Below, piece after piece: positions 48,151 through 62,737 of a stretch of 64,000 bases of DNA. The translations under genes were made by a program, and so were the position numbers. The notes below the pieces were generated by a model, which did not search any database, was not told where the DNA came from, and was given only the letters and a program-made list of their open reading frames with translations. Every line of letters starts with the position of its first letter. The stretch's first letter is position 1. Source of the DNA: Camelus dromedarius (Eukaryota); NCBI RefSeq assembly GCF_036321535.1, contig NC_087437.1:24802001-24866000 (forward strand), in the 5' to 3' direction.

Positions 48151-51100
48151 AAAGCACAGATAAGATAGAAGTCAATTTCTAACTCAACTTATTTAACTGG
48201 AAAATGGACCTTTTAAAAAATCTGGATTGTTGCTATTGACATCAAAGAAAAGCCTCTGAATTTATGAATACTTTTAGATTCTAATTAGGGAAGTAGCATA
48301 TTAATTTAGAGAACATATTTTAAAATTAAAGGTACATACTTTAAAATTAAAAGTACTAGGAAAAATGATTTATCTTTAATACTGTGGTATCTCAAAAAAT
48401 AAAGGGATACTAGTTATGATCATGTATCTCAGCATCTTTTGTTTTTTCTCTATAAAATCTCTACGTCCATTCTCCTAATTTTGGTTCTGTTTCTGGATCC
48501 ATGTTTCTAACTGCCTTCAGGCATCATAATCAACTTCCCCAAACCAGGTTTTTTACATTTTTTAAAAGTATCTAACTGAGGTGAAAAATAGCATGGCACA
48601 TTTAAAAATATTTTGATAGACATGGTTTATTTCCCATGACTGAGTAAATTGCATAAAGCATTCTTCCAGGAAGCTGGGACAAGGAGTCGTGCTTCCCAAA
48701 GGGAAGAAAGTATCAAATTTAATTAATTTTGGGGGGTCTATATCCAACTGAGGAAGCCATGATTTAGCATTTTTGCAGTAGCCTAAAAAGCAACACTACT
48801 GTGAAGTCTATCTTAAAATCTTATTAAATGCTAAGGTAATAATTAAAATTTCAACCTCCTAATTAAAATAGTCAACTTAGGTGCTTGTGTCTGAACCTGA
48901 GCTGAAACTGAACAAAGGGAACTACTTTGACTGCTTTTGACACTAGATTTGCTTGCCCCAGCTCCAGAATAGCCACAACCAACCCCCCCCCCCTTTTTTT
49001 AAGTTTCGGCAAATTACAGGTTGTAAATACTAACCAATAGATAATTCTAACTGAAAAAGGTAAATTGAGTTCATTATTTTTATTTATGTGGGAACAAGAG
49101 GAAGAGGTAGAGGAAGATAAAAAAGAAAGAGGGATAAATAGTTCCGTAGGAAGGAAAAAATAGAAAATCTGGAGTTTTTTTCTGCTATTATGTACCAAAA
49201 TGTTAGTTGACTATTAACTCTCAGCTTATTCTTCTTTGAATTGTTGGAACCAAAACCATGTGACATTTACTCCACAGCTTCTTTGTATGTTACATTTTTC
49301 GTTTTCTTTGGACAAAGCCCATGGCAACTTACTTGATCGGAGCAACAAATACACAAGCTTTTAGAATCTCAGAATCTATCAAATGTAAAGAGACCAGATT
49401 ATTTTAGCATTAAATTAGAATAATGTGTGTTTTTAGAAAAAAGATTTATTTAAATTTTTTGACGATAGATTCATATTTGAATCGGCGTTCTAGGAGAAAT
49501 CATTATAATTTTTTTTGGTTATGTCTCCAAGATTGTAAAAATATAATATGGATAATGCTAATCTTTCTCCTCCAGAGATGTAGTACCCTGCCTTCGTTCT
49601 ACAATCTGGGATTACTAACAGTTGTGAAATCACTTCACAAAGTGATTAGGGCATTAACTCCAGGGGGACAAAACAGCTAAATTTTAAATATCTGAGGAAA
49701 TCTACCCAAAAAATCCCATTTGTAAAATAAAAGTGCTTTGTAACAAGTTCACGCGACTGTGGAAATTTGAAAAATGTGTTATTGCTCAGGTCATTTACAA
49801 AACCATGATTTGCAAAAATATGGTGTGAGTTGTAATTCTTTCTAATTAAAAACCAGGCAAGCCCTGAGGTGGGAGTCACAGTGAGGCGCCCTGAGTTTTT
49901 CCCAAGCTTAACAAAAGACAGAAGAACCGGCCACTGCTTGTGCCTGCCAGCCGTGCATTGTCCAAGGAATCGAAATAAAGAGGCAAAGGGGTCAAGGGTT
50001 AGGAGCTCATATTTCCACTCTACATGACCCCGTCTCGGGCTGGGGGTGCTCTTGTCATCTGTTTCTGAAGGTCTCTCAACACAAGACTCTCCTCCACCCC
50101 TTTCGGGAAACTCCCGTGTAGACTACGCTTGTGATTAATGAAAAAGGCTCACAGGAGACCTTCTTAACATTCTTTGGACAAAAGAGTCCTCAGCACGAAG
50201 GCTTCAGAAGAATACCTGCAGACATTACTGTCTTGAGAATATAGTGGAAATATCTGTGTTTTCCACCAACTCCACCTTTTTACAACGTATCAGATGACTT
50301 GATTAATGGGATGCCACTTTGTATTCTTGTTACGGGCTGTCACCAGAATACTTAAACTCTCACACTCCATGTAACTGCAGAATATGCAGTTGATTTTTAT
50401 TTTTAGGTTATTTTCATTATTTCAAAGTAGAATTAAGTGACCTCTGGGTTGCCTCGTGAAATTCTACTTTGTCCACAAATAATGGGGAAAATTGTAATCA
50501 TGTTCTAGCAAATAAAACTGAGATGTACAGGATAATTTGTATCAAAATCTAACAAAGTAGAACATAAGTTATTAGTGGTTTCCCTGTGATATTGTAGATA
50601 CCTGAATAAAAAGCACGCAAAAACAAACTTCATAAAAATCCAAGCTGTGTAATTACCACATTCTCATTGGCTGCTTTGCTAGAAATTTCTCAAGGGATTA
50701 TAAAACATATTAATGAAAATCCAAAAAGTGATTTTAAAAGATTTTTTTTCTCCAAATACTTATGTGACAGTGAAATTAAACATGCTGTGGTTATTATTTT
50801 TTTCAGTGGTTTAGGATAGTGAAATAAGACATAGGCCCTCGTTCTAAGAGCTATCAGGGGTCCAATTTCTGGAAACCCTAAGTCTAATGCCTAACCTACA
50901 GCTGTACTGATTAGGACAGTGTTTCACCAATTCCACACTGTTTGCACTAATGAGCCTACAGGAAAACTAGGAATTATCAGTGAAAGCTGCTGTTAAGCTG
51001 CTCCTCTCACAGTATATCAGCTACACAACATTTCTCACTATCCTCCAACTCAATATAGTGTTTCTTGAAATGGTCACCTTCCAGTAACACAGAAATTCGT

Positions 51101-51944
51101 TGCAGAAGAATGGAGGGAAAGCGGAGAGGCCATATTCGCCTATTTGACTTTGAGAGTAAAGTGCCTCCAGCCCAAAGCTGTAATTGTATGGAGTCATGTC
51201 TATCAAATCCCATCCCTTCAGTCTGTCTACATGGAATTTTATAGAAATATCCTTTACCAAACGCATCTTTTCCTCCCATTTTCTGTGCTTACTAAACTTT
51301 CCAAAGCAAAAGGATTTCAGATTTCCTAACCTGTGCAGATCACAACTATGAGACTGTGAAGCAATTTTGACCCAACTCAAGAAACACAAGAAAAAAGAAT
51401 AAAACACTTCCTTTCCTTAAGTTTCATTAAATCTAAGTTCAGCTAACTAGGAGCAAGACAGTTTTCCCCCTGTTTTATGAAAGTGGTTAACCTCCAAAAT
51501 AACCGTGGCTCTGGAGAAGTAATGTATGCATTTTGGGAATACATTAACATTTTTTGATAACCTGAATTACGATTCAGCCTTTGTTTCTGAGACAGCACAA
51601 ATTTTCAGGTGGCTGGAAAACTGATACAAAAGGAAGGGTTAGCAAAACACACATATCCAAGTAGAAGAAAATAAATGAAAACAAAATTCTTTTTCAAGAC
51701 TGTTCAGAAGTCTTTGTTAATTTCCAGGGACCATTAGTCAAATCTGAAGTTTTAACTTGTGTCCTCTTTTGACTCTTAAATGGTATTTTGATTGCATCCA
51801 GCTAAATGTTCTTTCTGCCTTCTCTGTCCCCCACCCTCCCTTCATTCTTCCTGCCTCCTTCCCCCACCAACCCTGCCCATGGCCCCAACCAAACCAGTAT
51901 CTCTTTCTCTCCTGTCTTTCTGTTGTAAGTGAAGTAAGTGGCAA

Positions 51945-52155
51945 TGTGGGATGAGGGGTAAAGAACCTGAAGGCTGAGGCCAGATTTCCTGCATCTTTCA
52001 TTTACCAGCTGTGTGAGCTCAGACAAAGTCTTTAAACTCTCTCTACTCCTTTTCTTCAGAGATAAAATGGAGATCATAATAAACCTACACTATAGGCTTG
52101 ATAAATAGGTTAAATTAACTTATGTAAAGTATGGACCATAGTGAGCACCACATTG
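51945..52155 (+). mobile_element. MIR SINE
   Basis: catttaccagctgtgtgagctcagacaaagtctttaaactctct...taaaatggagatcataataaacctac. Confidence 0.75.
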
Positions 52156-52219
52156 CGATTAGAGCCACGTGCATGCAGGTTTTTCTATATAAGCTCCTTG
52201 AGGGCAGGGGTCAAGTTTC

Positions 52220-52255
52220 CCTCCTCCTCCTCCTCCTCCTCCTCCTCCTCCTCCT
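52220..52255. repeat. (CCT)n microsatellite
   Basis: About 12 perfect units. Confidence 0.95.
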
Positions 52256-55200
52256 TTCTCTTTCTCTGAATTACCTTGTTCAGTGTCCAGTAGTCATAGC
52301 TCTTAAATGAATATGGAATCAAGGAGAAAATGAAAGTGAATGCATAACTGTGGTTAGAAGTTTTGTTATTAGACATTTGACTGTGTCTGAATTGGATAGA
52401 ATTATTGCTCTGCTCTTGCCTCTTTGCTTCTGTTTCTTCTGAAGTTGGTGGGAAGAGAGGGGTGCTAAGTGGGAATTCACCCCAGGGATATATATGCCCC
52501 AGGACGTGTCTATGTGAATTGCAATATGAAAACCAACCACGTTTTCAAAATCTTGGAACTAATTCTCTGCAACATTTATATTAAGTAAAAAGATATTTTC
52601 TTCAATTACAAACTTTAAATTTGGGGACTAAATCCATCCTTTCTTCTGGAGAAGGAGCTAAAGTTTGGCAGAGAGAGAGAGGGCCAAATATTTTTCACCT
52701 TTGGAAATGATCTCGAATTCTGACAGGGAAGTGATTGTACGAATATGTTTCAATTTGAATGTAGATATAGTATCAGGCATAGATGTCCTTTAAGTCGGGT
52801 GCCTTTGTTGGCTGTCACTCACATCACCTCTATCAGTGAACCTTGCCGTATTTATATGTTATAATCACAACCTTGACTGATTTAGATAAGCACCTGTAGA
52901 GATTTTAAAAAGAAATGTGCTCCCTTTATCTGCAAACTGTCAGCACCTTCACTTTTAAGCACTCTTGCTTTGCCCAATATAGGTTATTAGTCTGAAGATG
53001 TGAATTAACAGGTTGTTAAAAATGTGAGCATGGGTAGCTAAATGCCAGTAACTAAACTGAAGAAATGCATCATTTTCACTGCACATGCTGGGCTGGCAGC
53101 CGCTGGCCACAGAAGTTAATGAATGAATATGTTCCTGAAGATTGTTTTCCATTGTAAAATGCAGTCCCCGGCCAAATTTCTAGTTCTGTGTATCAATGGC
53201 AACTAATTCAACAATTAAGGAAGACCGTGATAATTGTTGGACCAGCTACCCGGTTCATTTGCGGTAAATAAACAAAATCTCTTTTATGAACTCCAGACTG
53301 ACTTTTCTATTTTGCAAACATTAGCCCCTGTTTCCTTGTTAGCTTTTATGACAGAGGCATTGCAGGTTCAAACTGTAAAAAGGAACTCCTCGCTCAGGAA
53401 GCCTAAAGTAATATCATCTACCATTTTGGCATTCTGCCGAAGAATTAGTGCCTGGGGGAGGCAAACAGAACATTAGTGAGGATTAATAGAATCTTTGAGG
53501 AAGTCTTCTTTTTCCCTTCTCTCTCTCCCACAGCTTTTATGTGTTAACCTTCAAATTATTTTAGCATGTTTTTTTGGTGTGTGCTGAATTATTCAGAGTG
53601 GTACATTATTTCTGAATCTAACTGGTAGATTGTTTATGATGGCTTCACATTTTTTCCAACAGCCGTACCATATTTAAATTTCTGTACTTTAATATTGCTG
53701 TAGTTTATACTCCAAAAGATAAGAGACAATATGTCTGCTAAAAAATGTGTTTTTTCCAGGTACATTGATTTAGTAGCTTTGCTGACTGTCAGAGGGCACT
53801 TAAACCATACTCAAAGATTTCTGAACGTTGATAAGAGAGTAAGAAACGCCTGTAAAGAAATTTTCTGTCACCTCACAAACAGTGTGATGTTTTGCAAGTA
53901 GCTTGTCCGTGTCTGAATCTAATAAATAACAGACTTGAACCAGATGATTCTGCACGTTGCTTCCACATTGGAGTCGTATTAGACACTTTAGCAAACAGGA
54001 AATCTGAGGCCCTACGCCTTGCGGTTTCACAGGAGCTCAGTAATTGAAATTGGAAGGAAGGATGGGCATTTTATGTGACATAAAGCACTCCGCATAAAGA
54101 ACATGAGATATAAAATAAAGCCTACAAACCGCCCAGTCCCAATGAGGTTACCAGCCCCAACAGTGTATTTTTTGAACTGCAGACTGTAGACTAAAGCACT
54201 TCAATTCAAGGCCTCATGCAAAGTGGCTGTGAAATGGATTGGAGAAACATCCTTCTGGAGTCATTTTTAAGAATTGGGTAAAATGAAATCATTGTCACGT
54301 CCAATGCTTTAATTGAAATAAAACTATCCTTATTTCTTACTTGCTAATACGGTCACATTCTGAAGGTACTCTTTTTTTTGGTTGTGAATTGTTCAGAAAC
54401 CAGTGATATTCCGAAATATTAAAATATTTCTGTCTACTTGTATTAACTATCGCCCTGCGTTAACAGTTCTATTAGTTATCTCATGACTCCCTCTCACACT
54501 CATAAGACTGGTGGACTCTTTTTTCCTAATTTAATTCAGCTGAGCCACACCAGTGCAATTGTCTGATTCCCAAGTCTTTCAGTTAGCACTGGAGTTCTTG
54601 GTTAAGTCAGAACTATTATACACATAGATTGCCATAAATAACAATTCATTGAGAAGAATGTGGGTCATAAACATAAAGAATATGATACAAAAGACAGTTT
54701 CAAACATATGTTGCTTCATTTCTGTTCAAATAGTCTGGCTAGCCTGTTAAGATGTTCCAACTTCCTGTAATAGAGAGTGAAATGAACATTTTTCTACAAA
54801 ATGTGTCCCTCTTGGTTATTTAATGTAGCAGAACAATAGCAAAATAAAATACCAGCAGAATATCTGATAATTTTTTATTGAGGAAACAGGGAAGTTAGGA
54901 TGAAATGTAGGACTCTTCAAGTTAACAGGAAAATACACTTTCAGCTTTCAGGCCCACCTCAAGATCCTTTAACATTTATCAGAAAAAATCTCTTCAATTA
55001 TCAAAAGCCCTCTTTAGACCTCCTGGGACTATAAACAAAGGCCATATTGTATCCTGGGCTGAAGCTTGTTAAGTGGCTCATGAATAACACTAAATGCATC
55101 CTCCCCATAAATCGCCTTGATGTAGGACTACTGTTATCCAGCCACAAACTTCACTGACTTCCATCATAGACTCAGAGATGGGAGACTTGCAACATGCATC

Positions 55201-57249
55201 CAAATAACTGCTCCCAACGTCCTATCGATGTGATTCTCTTGAGCACTTCAAGTCAAGAGAACAGAGAAATCTTGGCACTTTTTGGTTGTCTTTAGTGCAA
55301 TGAGTTGAAAACAACTGTAAAATTCTTTGGACTGATCTTTCAGAACAATAATGTAAGATGATGACTCATTGGCCCTTACAGTTGTAATGGCATTTCATTC
55401 AGAGTAACTGGAGAGACTTGAGCTTGTGAAGACTGTTTCAGAGATTCTGGGCTTTCTATTCTGTAACTTTTCTTTAAAAGAGGAAACCACAAAAAATGTC
55501 TTTAGATGTCTATGTAAGTTGGCAACAGCTTGGAGGTATTTCTTCTAATGAACAATTTGTTTGGGCAATTTTTTGTGGCAGCGAAAAGAAGAAATGGATG
55601 GCAAGTCGGACCTGGTACATCCCAGGGATGATTCCTGGAGAGAGGACGGGGAAGTGCGAGGAGAAATTTTGTTTCGAGTACCTCTGTGATTAGCAGGATT
55701 TAGTGGAAAGTTCAGTGTCTCTGGAAGGAGCATTACTCATCTTTTTTCTTTAAAGTATATTTGTTATGCAAAACTGTATTGTTTCAACAGGAAAGGATTT
55801 GTTTAATATCTCACAATGGACTCTGGATTTTCAGCGTAACCATAGGCAATATAGGATACTTCAACAGGTCAAAGAAATGAGAGACCAGGTGAAATGAGTT
55901 TCATCCACTGTCCTGAGATTTAGATGCACTCAGGAAATATTTTAACATCTACGGTAGTAATTCAGTGATGTCATTGTTCTTTCCAGGAACTATGGGTGAA
56001 GTTAACTTTGCCCTTCAGTTTGTTGATGCTTGCCTAGAGACTGTGACTTTTCCGAACGCCTGTCTTAGGACCTCCTCACACTGAATGTATAGGAAGGCAT
56101 GGCTGTTTATTTAGACAGGTGCATATCAGCCTCTGGTTGTGTATGCATATATATTTTGTTTAATTCTTCTAGATTTCAGACAATGTGGCTTGTCTGCTTG
56201 TTGATATACTATCTGCTAACCGTAATATTTTAGAATAAAACAAAGAAGCCTTCCAAATTTAGCATGTTCTTATTGTAACATCTTAAAATGACAAGATGTT
56301 TGCTAGAATAGACCAAGATCGTTAGCTTAACCAACTGAAAGTAATTTTATTGGTGGTAAGTGTTTCCAGAGGCTGAGGTAAAAGTATTTAGGTATACATT
56401 TGAAACATGGGAACATTATTATTATTAATTGTTCACTAAAAATTTTATCAGTGCTAAAAACGAGTGCACTGTTCATTTGAATAAGTGGTTGCATAAAGGA
56501 TTATTCTTGGTTCAGCAGAAAATAATTCTCAGGTATTTTCTTTCACACTGAGCATGGATAGGGATTAGTACTTAATTTAAACAAATCTACAGTGTTTACA
56601 TAATTCTCTATAAGAAAAATATATTTTTGGAGATTGAGTGCTCTTGTGTTTAATAAAATACCTTATAGAATCATAGATTAAGTAAGCTAAATAAATCATA
56701 GAATCTTAAGTTAAAGAACCATAACTATGCTCTCCAGCCCTCTTCCTCTCAAAGAAAAACTTGTTCAGGGGAAGTCTTCCAAACTTATGCTCATGGGCAA
56801 TGGAGGTCATATTTTGCATCATTGGCCAAGTGTGTCAAATTTGACATGCAATGTCAGCTGCATTCCAAAAGAGAAGAATATTCTGTTGATACAGCTGTAG
56901 CAGGATATGCTTTTCTTCCTACATATGCAATTGTTTCTGTATTGAAAATAACAAAACTGTGGCAGATAATGTCCCCAACCCAACAGACCTGAAGCATATC
57001 CAGCACATATCTAAATATTAGCAAAGCAAAAATGACCTGTTTGCTTACTGCATTTTTCTTCCTAATATTGTGTATAAATGCACATACACGCATGAGGATC
57101 TGGGTGTCTATTTGCATTGTAACCTTTGGTCAGTTTTTTGTGTGGAGCTGGTGATGATGTCGGTATGAGCTCTGTAGCTGGACAGTGTTTGTTTTCCACT
57201 AATAGTTGCTAAAAACATTGATACCTAGAAAGTTTTTATTGTTCTAGAG

Positions 57250-57595
57250 CAGGGGATGGCATGATTTCCTACAAAGGTCCAGATAGTAAGGATTTCAGGC
57301 TCTGGGAGCCATCTCAACTCTACTGCAACTCTGACTGTGTTAGTATTGAGACTGACACAAAGGCAGTCCTAGACAATACATACAAGAAGGAGTATGATGC
57401 TTCTCCAATAAAATTTTATTTATGGACACACATTTCAATCTCATACAATTTCACATGTCACAAAGTCTTCTTCTTCTTTCCATTTTGTTTCAGTCATTTG
57501 AAAATTTAAAAACCATTCAGAGCTGATGAGATGAACAAAACAAAAACAGGTACTGGGTTGGATTTGGCCAGTGAACTGGAGTTGGCCAAATCCTG
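57250..57595 (+). mobile_element. MER58B (hAT-Charlie)
   Basis: caggggatggc...aaaggtccagatagtaa...ccaataaaattttatttatggacac...ggatttggcc...cctg; left target ttctagag. Confidence 0.85.
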
Positions 57596-58289
57596 TCCTT
57601 AAGGAATGTTTGGACAGATATTTGCTCCATAACGAAGTTCACTGTATGTTGATTTGGTACAATATTTGGTTCCTCTTGAAGAATCAAGTTTCTACATTTC
57701 TTCATACTTAACATCAGACATTGGTAAATTTTTGAAGGGGGTAGTTGGGAGAACAAAGGAGGCAAGCAGGAAAGAAGAGATGAGGAAGTAAGGTTTGGGC
57801 ACTAAAAAAAGTCAAGAAGGCAAAATCGCCTAAATCTTTGTTATTCCAAAGAAAAGTTAGTTTTTTGATATTCGATAGTCTCTCAATAATGACGTTGCAA
57901 CTTTGAGACTCTCTGGAGAAACATAAAAATGACACCTTCCCTAAAGTGTTCATTACTATGCTACTTTTGTTAAGAAAATTAACATAATCTGGACAAAGTG
58001 AAGACTAGTAGTCAGCATATTATTTCTAAAAGTGTAAAACTGAAGTAAAAGTTTATTTTCTCAAAATACTATGAAAATATGATTAATATGTTGAAAAGAG
58101 GTTCTTAATGATGGAAAATCATCAAAAGCGTTAATACATTAACTCTAGGAGGAATTCTTGATAACATTGTTTTAGCTTAATGTTCTTAAAAATTCAGTTT
58201 CACTGACTGAATATTCTACCATATTAAAAATAAGTACTATTTTTTAAAGGTCTGATAATGCTTTGTGGGAAAATAAATGAAAATAGACT

Positions 58290-58470
58290 ATGAGAGATGC
58301 ATAATAAAATGCAGATGAGATGATAAGATTTCTGGGTACTTTTCAGTAATTCCAGGTGGGGAGATGTGTGGGCATGTAGCTGAAACCATGTTGATAACTG
58401 CTGAAACTGAATGATGGGTCCGTAGGGGTTTATTATGCTATTGTATCTATTTTGGCCTAAGTTTGAAACA
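58290..58470 (+). mobile_element. Old L1ME/MC 3' end fragment
   Basis: gttgataactgctgaaactgaatgatggg...ttattatgctatt. Confidence 0.6.
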
Positions 58471-59319
58471 CATGTATATTTATATGTATAACATTTTATA
58501 ACTATTCCCTCAGATTTCTTTATTCTTAGATAGGTTAATAATAAAGTTGAGCTTGACTTTCCTTTTAGTTTTATTGAGATAGACTAGCTTATTGAGAAAC
58601 TATTTGTGTTTTATTCTCACAGCTGTAAATATTCACGTCTCACCCTTTTATCTAAAGTAGTCGACAGAAAGTTCCTCTTTTGGTGAGATAGGATTTGACC
58701 TGGATTGTCTGGCTGAAGGAGATCCTAGGGGTGGAAGACGCAGAAAGGGACCCTCTGGATCCCAAGAAGGATGCTGAGGAGTCACTGAACTTGCAGCAAA
58801 CAAGGTGAGGGAGATTTGCCAGAAGTTCCAGCAGGAGGTTTGACCGGGGTGGCTGGTGAAAGTCCTGTGGTCCTGGCACCAGGGAGTCTGTAGCCACTCA
58901 GGTAAATCGCTGCAGGTTGTCGCCGAGTCAGCCCAGACCAGTGGCCTCGAATCTACATCGTGGAAAGAACAATGGCCCATGAGCCCTGCATCCCCTCATC
59001 AATTCTTTAGGGTACCACAATGAGCCCCATCCTGTAGAGCCCCATCTGCCATGAGCCTCAAAAGAAGGACCATTTCAAGCATGATTATTACTGAATTTCT
59101 TCCATCTATGCAGTGTTTGGAAGAGATTTAATTGGTTTAGAAAAGAAAAATAATACTTATTTTTGATCCAAGTTTCACAGAGAAAAATTTATAATAGATA
59201 CAGCAGGTTTAAATATTAAAATATGAATTATTGTATATTAAATCAATTAATAAATGTGTACTGTATTTAGAGTCTTTTATGTAATGATTGTATTCATTGT
59301 CTTCAGTGGAGTTTGTCAA

Positions 59320-59560
59320 AGCAGTCGAGAGTGTGGACTTGGAAGTTAGACATACACATCCCTTGCCAGGTCTGTGACCTTAGGCAAGTTACTTAATTTC
59401 ATTAAGCCTCACTTTCTTCTAATAGAAAATAGGTATAATTTTATCTACCTCATAGGGTTTTTCAGTTACATAAATGTAATATTTAATTACATAATGCAAT
59501 TCAAATGTTTAATAAGGTAGTAACATGGAAATAACACATATTTAATAAATGCTAGTAATT
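59320..59560 (+). mobile_element. MIR SINE
   Basis: ctgtgaccttaggcaagttacttaa...gcctcactttc...ctacctcatagggtt...aataaatgctag. Confidence 0.8.
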
Positions 59561-60035
59561 ATTATAAATACAAATGTTCTTGATTTTCCATTTTTTAGCA
59601 TCGTATTTGAAAATAATGCATGGGAATAATAACATATTGTGTACAGTTTATAATATTTGCCTATCTTTCTTTACACCAAAAGTTTTAGTCTGCAGAGGAA
59701 GCCACTTATAACAATGGGAATTGTTTTAAAGTGATTAATTTTATTCTCTAAATGATATGACTGTATTATTATTTATTAATTTATTAATTTTGTACAATAT
59801 CTATTAACTTCATTTAACTAAGTAAGGACTTAACTCATTTAAAATCACCCTTAACTTCTCTCTTCCTGATTTTAAAACATCAACTTCCTTTCTCTCTCTT
59901 CTTCCCTCCCTCTCCCTCTTCCTTCCTTTCTTCTTTTCTTCCTTCCCACATCTCTCCTTCTTCTACTTCTTTTATTTCCTTGAGAAGCTATCTTGATATA
60001 TATTTATTCTTACCCATAAAAAGTATTCTTTGATA

Positions 60036-60180
60036 AATCATTCTCAACCTAGCAATGTTTATCAGAATCACGTCTGAAGAATTTTTAAAATACAGTTATC
60101 AAAGTATCACCCCAGTCCCAACTAGTCAGAATCTTCATGGATTGGGTTCAAGCACGTGTACTTTTATTAAAGCACATTTG
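60036..60180. mobile_element. MER5-type hAT-Charlie fragment
   Basis: ttctcaacct...tcagaatcac...aactagtcagaatct. Confidence 0.55.
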
Positions 60181-62476
60181 ATTATAAATCATTTTAAACT
60201 AATTGATAGCTTTTAATCTATGGGATGAAGTATTTCTTTAGTTTTCTTTTATTATGTCATTAATTATTTTGTCTTTTTTTTTCACTCTGGAATACCTGTA
60301 ATTTTAAGCTTGATCTCCCATTCTCTCTCCCCTAAATCCTTAATTTTCTGATTTCTGTATCTTTCCTTTATTTTACCAATAAGAATGCACTAAATTCTAC
60401 ACTTTTTAACTTGAAGATGATGGCACTGATAGGATTGTTCTCTTTTTTGTGAAAATATAGTTAAATTATGATTCCCAGTGTATAACCAATATTAAATTAT
60501 ACCTGAGAATTGTTTTGTCACTGTAGCTGCATACAATAATTCCCATATTTGACTGAGATTCTGTAAATGAAATCTGTAGAATCTAAAACCTTTTTTACAT
60601 AGTATCTTTTATCATGAATTAATATGTATAGCAATAATTGAGGAGGCTTGAAGGCAGGACTGCCAAAGGTTTAAAGTTTTCAGGAATTTGTAAAGTCCCT
60701 TTAGAAGGAATTCATCCTGTGGGAAGAGAGAGGCCGAGCGTACAATGAATTTGTGATGGAAGGCAGTGAAAAATTAAGGTACTTAGTTTACACTGTCTTC
60801 CTTTACTGAGTGACTACTCCAACTGGTGTCCTCATTTATTTCCATTTCCCCCAAAATACATACCTTTGACCACTAAGGCACATTAGCCAGAACCATAATG
60901 AATAGAGGCTGTAACTGTAAACTTTTAAACATTTTGAAAGCATGAAACTCAAAGCATTCAATGCACTGAAATTCAGACAGAGGGAAAAAGTGATTGATGT
61001 TACTTTGGCATGAAAGCTGTCTTTGTTTCAGAACAAGGAGGGTTATAGAATAAATAATGTGGCCTTGGCATAAGATTGGTTTATTAGCAGCTTCTATGGC
61101 CTTGGGACTTAGTGTCCAAGGCTTTTTTGCGATGGGACTCTGTGCCCAAACCATAGCTATTTTCACTTTATAGAGGCAGTATTCTCAGCAATAAATATTG
61201 GCAGCTTCAATGTAGACCTTGGCAAATATCACCAACTTCTGGAGCAGCTTTGTCATTTTCAGCATCCTTGGCAACAGATCATGAATCAGTGTGCAAATTT
61301 AAGCAAGAACATATCATAATGCCAGCTGAGACATGGGAGACAGCCCTTGGGGAACGCCACAAATGAATGAATGGAAATTTTGAAGGAAGAATGAGAATTC
61401 CCTAAAAAAGAGATAGAATGCAGCATTGGATAAATATACTTAGTTTTTCATTAATATAACTTACCTCTCATTGTAAGGTAATTCTGACTGGTAGAGCCTC
61501 AAGAAGCACAAGTTATAGTTTGAAAAGATCTTATTGCTTTGTCTTTAAGATTGGGTCTCCCTGATGCATAGAGAAGATGTCAGGTTTAGAATAAGGACAT
61601 TAAAGATCAGCCAAAGGCAGGAGCACGTGAAATTCATGAGATTCACTGTTTAGGAAAACAGTGATCAATAATCAGTAAGTCAGTTTTCCAGACATAAACA
61701 CAGTGCTTACCCTAGCTTACAGAAACAGCAGAAATTTTCCACAGTTCAAACTTCAGAGCCTCACTCTGCTTCTACCAGAGGCAGACAGGGGAGACTCCCA
61801 GGAAGCCTGGGGACTGGTAGCCCATAACGGGTTGGCTGGCTTTGATGAAAATCAGTGCGATACGATGCACAGAAGAAAGAGCAAATGGGTTTTCCTGACT
61901 TGATGAAAACAGTGAATTCTGAAATGAGGCACAGCAGGTTCAGATGGAAGACACTGTGCAGACTTCAAAGGAGAGCTCACATAGTTCTCCTGCTGCAACA
62001 TTTGTTTTATCCTTTTTACCTCACAGCCGTTTTGTGGGGAGAGGAAAAGCAAAAAGTGAGCATATTCATCTAAATAAGAAGACCTTATTTTAGAGGGAAA
62101 GGTAAATGATGAAAAGACAATCATAAATCACACTACTTCCTCTTTATTCATTCATTCATCAGACAGATAATTTTCGAGTCCCCACCATGTGCTGAGCACT
62201 GTGCTACAGCAGATTTCCAACTGTCCTCATTTGACTAAAATGGGATTGTGTAGTTATGGTCATTTCTAGACAATATTGTGAAGCAAACAAATTTTCTATA
62301 GACTTTGTTCTTCCCTTTCATGAGACTGCCTCCTCTGTTACCAGAGTTATCATTCATTAATCCCACTTTTACTAGCACTTTATTTTCTACTATCAATTAA
62401 AATTTCTTTTAAGCATCAGCTTATATATCAGCTTAAGTGCTTGGAATCCAATGAAAACATAAACCATTAAGACAAT

Positions 62477-62544
62477 GTATGTGTTTGAGCATGTGAGTAT
62501 GTGAGTGTGTGTGTGAGTATGTGTTTGTGTGTGTGTGTGTGTGT
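62477..62544. repeat. Imperfect (TG)n tract
   Basis: Visible in sequence. Confidence 0.9.
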
Positions 62545-62737
62545 AGAAAATTCTTTTAGAGGGCGAGTTCTACTTGGAGATCTGCAAATCACTCAAGATT
62601 GGCACCATTTTCTTTATGTCCAAAATCAAATTTGTGTACCCTTCTTTGAAATCTTTGGGGATGGAAATCATTTTTATTTATTTGGTTTCTCCATAGAAGA
62701 CATTTAAAAATATGCTCTAGAATCATTTAGAAATTTT

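Noticed and set aside
51007..51407. Three overlapping ORFs (61-128 aa), possible exon or processed pseudogene
   Set aside because: No protein similarity that I recognise, and no poly-A/TSD or convincing splice pair; BLASTX would settle it.
52185..52376. ORF with a poly-Glu tract
   Set aside because: Translation of the (CCT)n microsatellite.
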